Assembly (NCBI GenBank): GCA_964478985.1
Contig: CAYZJW010000001.1
Coordinates: forward strand, 9,969 to 46,941
DNA length: 36,973 bases
Direction of reading: 5' to 3'
From: an uncultured Actinomycetota bacterium
Lineage (GTDB): Bacteria > Actinomycetota > Humimicrobiia > Humimicrobiales > Humimicrobiaceae
Numbering within the stretch: position 1 is the stretch's first letter; each line of letters begins with the position of its first letter. A program made the position numbers and the translations under genes. Of this stretch, positions 33,540-36,973 are shown in pieces. The notes beneath the pieces are model-generated. The model had not been told where the DNA came from and made no database searches. It saw only the letters and a list, made by a program, of their open reading frames with translations.

Positions 33540-34379
33540 TTATTTTCTATAAAATGACAGGTATTTCATGCCGTATGGATCCCTTCCGGCAAGGAAATCC
33601 GCTGCCCTCATGGCTTCAATAAGTCCCGGCGTCAGGGGATCGGCTATGGGCGCATTCAGGCCGTTCATTATCCCCATGGAGATGAAATGTATATTTATCA
33701 GTTCCCTGTTAGGCATGCCGTAGCTTATATTGGAATATCCTCCTGTTGTGGCGACACCATATTCAGCCGCTATCCTCCTCTGGGTCTCAATAGTTGTTTT
33801 TGCCGACTCGGAATTGGTGGAATTAGTCATCACCAGGGCATCAAATACCAGGTCCTGCCTGTCTATTTTCATCTTTTCTGCCCGCTTCATGATCTTTTCC
33901 GCTATGGCAAGCCTTTTTTCTACTGTATCGGGTATACCGTTTTCGTCCATCATCAGGCAGATAACGGCAGAGCCGCTTTCCGCTACCACCGGCAGCAGGT
34001 TTTTCATGGACTTTTCCTCACCGTTTACTGAATTTATGAGGACCTTGTTGGGATAGACCTTAAGTGCCGCCTTGAGCGCTTCCGGATTGGCAGAATCCAG
34101 GCATATGGGCTGATCCGTCTGCTCCATGACTGCTTCTACGGCCCTGGGCAGCATGTCCACCTCATCCACTCCTACAGCACCTACATTTATATCGATAATA
34201 TCCCCGCCTGCTTCGGCCTGTTTCCTGGCATCTTCCCTTACTATATCCAGCTTGCCTTCCTGAAGCTCTGCCGCAAGCTTTTTGCGTCCGGTAGGATTTA
34301 TCCTTTCGGCAATTATTACCGTTGGCAGTCCCTGGCCGAATCTTACTTCTGTACCGTTACCGGTTACCACTGTTTCCAT
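33540..34379 (-). CDS. Pterin-binding methyltransferase (methyl-THF:corrinoid methyltransferase, AcsE/MeTr-like)
   Basis: IIAERINPTGRKKL, GGDIIDINVG, ICLDSANPEALKAAL, LINSVNGEE and GYSNISYGMPNR. These match the pterin-binding TIM-barrel pattern of the AcsE/MetH domain. Confidence 0.75.
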   Translation of the reverse strand: METVVTGNGTEVRFGQGLPTVIIAERINPTGRKKLAAELQEGKLDIVREDARKQAEAGGDIIDINVGAVGVDEVDMLPRAVEAVMEQTDQPICLDSANPEALKAALKVYPNKVLINSVNGEEKSMKNLLPVVAESGSAVICLMMDENGIPDTVEKRLAIAEKIMKRAEKMKIDRQDLVFDALVMTNSTNSESAKTTIETQRRIAAEYGVATTGGYSNISYGMPNRELINIHFISMGIMNGLNAPIADPLTPGLIEAMRAADFLAGRDPYGMKYLSFYRK

Positions 34380-34420
34380 GGCGATGATCCTTTCTCTCTT
34401 TTATTCATTAATCATCCCCC

Positions 34421-35521
34421 CTATTTATAAGTATTCCTGTAAAGCATTGTAAATATATCCAGGAACAGCTTATTTATCTCTTCTGTTGCTATGGTCACCC
34501 TTATATATCCCGGAAAACCAAGATTTTCACCGGGCCTTACTATGAATCCTTTCCTCAGCAGTCCTTCTACTATATCCCCGCTTTTTTCTCCCGCATCTAT
34601 AAGCAGGAAATTGGCATATGACCTGACATATCCTATGCCTTCCTTTTCCAGTACATTATAGTATATCTGCCTCTGTTTAGAAACGGCATCGCTTATCTTC
34701 CCTACATAGCCACTTGACTCAAGCGCGTACAAAGCTGCTTTCTGGGCCATGGCATTGACATTAAAGGGCAGCCTTACCTTATTTATGGCTGCAGCCGCTT
34801 TCCGGGATCCCAGCCCATAGCCTATCCTCAGGCCGGCCAGCCCATATGCCTTGGAGAAAGTCCTGAGAAGCATCAGGTTGTCCCTGCCTTCCAGGTAGCC
34901 GACAGTCTCCAGCCGGTCCTGCCGGGGGCAGTATTCATAATATGCCTCATCCATCACTACCAGTATATCATCAGCAATACTGCGGATGACCTTCCGGAAT
35001 TCATCCCCGGTTATTTTTGTACCGGTAGGATTCTGGGGATTTGTCAGGAAAAATATCCTGGTACTGTTGTCTACCGCATCCAGCATGCCCTCTATATCCT
35101 GCCTGAAGTCTTTCAGGGGCACCTTCCTGGCTGAAGCTCCGCATTTTAAGGCAGATTTTTCGTAAATGGGAAAGGTGGGATCAGCGATCACTATATTGTC
35201 TCCAGTTCCGGTAAAACTGTCGCATATCATCTCTATTATCTGGTCAGAACCGCTGCCTATTATGATCTGGTCATCCGGGATACCATAGAATTCCGACAGT
35301 CTTTTCCTTATCATGACGCATCCTGCATCAGGATAATAGATCATACTGTCCATATAAGAAGCCATCTTTTCCGCCAGTCCCGGCGGCAGTCCGAAAAGGT
35401 TCTCATTGGATGCCAGCTTATATACCCGGTCCAGGCCGTATTTTTGCTTTATTTCTTCAAGCGTCCTTCCTGCAACATATTCGGGAAGTCCGGCTATCTG
35501 CTTTTTTATTTTAAGACTCAT
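34421..35521 (-). CDS. hisC: Histidinol-phosphate aminotransferase
   Basis: LASNENLFG, LTNPQNPTG and RTFSKAYGLAGLRIGY (PLP lysine). The ATG abuts the hisD stop. Confidence 0.92.
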   Translation of the reverse strand: MSLKIKKQIAGLPEYVAGRTLEEIKQKYGLDRVYKLASNENLFGLPPGLAEKMASYMDSMIYYPDAGCVMIRKRLSEFYGIPDDQIIIGSGSDQIIEMICDSFTGTGDNIVIADPTFPIYEKSALKCGASARKVPLKDFRQDIEGMLDAVDNSTRIFFLTNPQNPTGTKITGDEFRKVIRSIADDILVVMDEAYYEYCPRQDRLETVGYLEGRDNLMLLRTFSKAYGLAGLRIGYGLGSRKAAAAINKVRLPFNVNAMAQKAALYALESSGYVGKISDAVSKQRQIYYNVLEKEGIGYVRSYANFLLIDAGEKSGDIVEGLLRKGFIVRPGENLGFPGYIRVTIATEEINKLFLDIFTMLYRNTYK

Positions 35522-36865
35522 CTAACCCTGCCTTTCAAATCTTTTCCTGACCGAATCCCTGTGTACATACAATCTTTCAAAACCGGCCATTTCTTCTATA
35601 TATCTTCTTTCCGCCTCCAGGGCAGCCCTGCTGTATGTGCATATGCTGCTCCTCTTGAGGAAATCCCCCACTCCCAGGGGTGATGAGAACCTGGCGTTTC
35701 CTTCAGTAGGTATGACATGGTTTGTTCCCCCGATATAGTCGCCCACTGCCACCGGGGTATTGTCTCCTATAAATATAGCTCCTGCATTCCTTATGCCCTC
35801 CAGCACATGGCCGGGATCACTTACCATTATCTCCAGATGTTCCGGCGCGGTCATATTGGCAGCTTCTATTATGATATCAATATCCGGTGAAAAATATATC
35901 CGGCACTGCTGTCTTACGGATTGGGCCATGACCCTGAAATTACCGGCATAATCCTTACGGCTTCCGTAATACCGCAGCATCTCATGCATGCATTCAGCTG
36001 CCTGTTCTGCCAGTTCCCTGTCAGAAGAAAGGAGTATGCTCCTGGAAAGGGGGTCGTGTTCTGCCTGGGAAAGCATATCTGCCGCGGCCAGCTCCGGCCT
36101 GGCGCTGCTGTCGGCTATAATAGTTATGTCGCTGGGGCCAGCCAGGCTGTCTATCCCCACATATCCATATACCAGTTTTTTTGCCAGGGTCACGTAAATA
36201 TTACCCGGACCGGCGATCTTGTCCACTTTCTTTACTGATGAAGTCCCGAAAGCCATGGCGGCTATGGCCTGGGCTCCCCCCATCCTGTATATCTCGCTGA
36301 TACCAAGAATACTGCACAGGTAAAGCATCACCGGATCTATTTGTCCATTTATATCGGGAGGCGAGCACACTGCAATACTGTCTACCCCTGCAGTGACAGC
36401 AGGTATTGAAGTCATAAGCAGCGTGGAGGGATAGGCATACCGGCCGCCCGGGATATATAATCCCACACGTTCAATAGGTGTGACTTTCTGGCCGGTCCTG
36501 GCTCCCCTGCTGTCTTCCTTCATCCATGAGGTCTCACTATGCTCATACTGGGACCTGTGAAATGATTCTATGTTTTTACGGCTTATATCCAGTGCCCTGA
36601 CCAGGTCGGGAAGTTCCTTTTTTACCTTTTGGGCAGCTTCCTTTATTTCTTTTCCCGCCACCCTTATATTTTCCCTGCCGGCATCAAAACCGTCATACTC
36701 CTTTATGAAGCGGCAAAGGGCGTCATCTCCATTTCTTTTTATACCGTCTATCACGGCTTCCACCGTCTTAAGTGCGTCGGCGCTGCCGGACTCAGGCCTG
36801 GTGAGGCCTTCCAGTATTTCTCCCGCATTATCAAGTTTTATGACTTTCAGTAAAATGGAGTCCAT
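35522..36865 (-). CDS. hisD: Histidinol dehydrogenase
   Basis: [16 protein letters not shown] and [13 protein letters not shown] motifs. Confidence 0.96.
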   Translation of the reverse strand: MDSILLKVIKLDNAGEILEGLTRPESGSADALKTVEAVIDGIKRNGDDALCRFIKEYDGFDAGRENIRVAGKEIKEAAQKVKKELPDLVRALDISRKNIESFHRSQYEHSETSWMKEDSRGARTGQKVTPIERVGLYIPGGRYAYPSTLLMTSIPAVTAGVDSIAVCSPPDINGQIDPVMLYLCSILGISEIYRMGGAQAIAAMAFGTSSVKKVDKIAGPGNIYVTLAKKLVYGYVGIDSLAGPSDITIIADSSARPELAAADMLSQAEHDPLSRSILLSSDRELAEQAAECMHEMLRYYGSRKDYAGNFRVMAQSVRQQCRIYFSPDIDIIIEAANMTAPEHLEIMVSDPGHVLEGIRNAGAIFIGDNTPVAVGDYIGGTNHVIPTEGNARFSSPLGVGDFLKRSSICTYSRAALEAERRYIEEMAGFERLYVHRDSVRKRFERQG

Positions 36866-36937
36866 GTTCCCGGATAGCTTTGATATTTTCTTTATTTCAA
36901 TTAATATATATCCTAAATAATTAAAGACAGGTCTAAT

Positions 36938-36965
36938 ATTATAGGGAAATCGGTGAAATATTCAA
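36938..36965 (-). promoter_or_regulatory. Sigma70-like promoter upstream of hisD
   Basis: On the minus strand: TTGAAT (36960-36965), N16, TATAAT (36938-36943). It lies about 70 nt upstream of the hisD ATG. Confidence 0.45.
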
Positions 36966-36973
36966 CTTTAAAA

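Noticed and set aside
280-36920. Many long plus-strand ORFs opposite the annotated genes (e.g. 4309-4899, 6677-7429, 8030-8698, 15763-16317, 17853-18557, 29152-29727, 36570-36920)
   Set aside because: Each lies wholly antisense to a minus-strand gene that carries unambiguous family motifs. Their products are low-complexity Ser/Leu/Pro/Ile-rich strings with no recognisable motifs or Shine-Dalgarno sequences. These are typical shadow ORFs.
1-36973. CRISPR arrays, tRNA/rRNA genes, IS elements, prophage or defence-system genes
   Set aside because: I saw no regularly spaced direct repeats. No intergenic region is long enough or GC-structured enough for tRNA or rRNA; the largest are 318 and 241 nt and are AT-rich. 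No ORF carries transposase, integrase, nuclease-helicase or similar hallmarks.

Overview
This window looks like a 37-kb chromosomal segment of a moderately AT-rich bacterium, with every convincing gene but one on the minus strand. All calls rest on hand-read motifs and gene order; I ran no homology search. Three blocks stand out:

1. **Cell-division core (2029-24225).** This is a complete, uninterrupted division/cell-wall (dcw) cluster: mraZ-rsmH-ftsL-ftsI-murE-murF-mraY-murD-ftsW-murG-murC-murB-ddl-ftsQ-ftsA-ftsZ. It runs directly into the ylm block pgeF-yggS-sepF-proC-yggT-divIVA-yggU.
2. **Downstream module (1-1710).** This is an uncharacterised set of four genes. It holds a TadZ/CpaE-like ParA/MinD-family protein with an atypical Walker A, a protein made of two fused excisionase-type HTH domains, and two small membrane peptides missing from the ORF track.
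3. **Upstream genes (24467-36865).** In transcription order these are:
   - hisD-hisC.
   - An orphan methyl-THF:corrinoid-type methyltransferase.
   - An orphan MalK/MsiK-like ABC ATPase.
   - A geranylgeranyl-reductase-family flavoprotein.
   - An operon of metallophosphoesterase, cyclic 2,3-diphosphoglycerate (cDPG) synthetase-like and 2-phosphoglycerate kinase-like genes.
   - One plus-strand anchored protein.
   - An FmdB zinc-ribbon / membrane protein / lipoprotein trio.
   - xseA-xseB.

The two most interesting candidates are the methanogen-type cDPG pathway in a bacterial context and the TadZ-like / double-HTH / micropeptide module attached to the division cluster. I found no rRNA, tRNA, CRISPR array, transposase or integrase.
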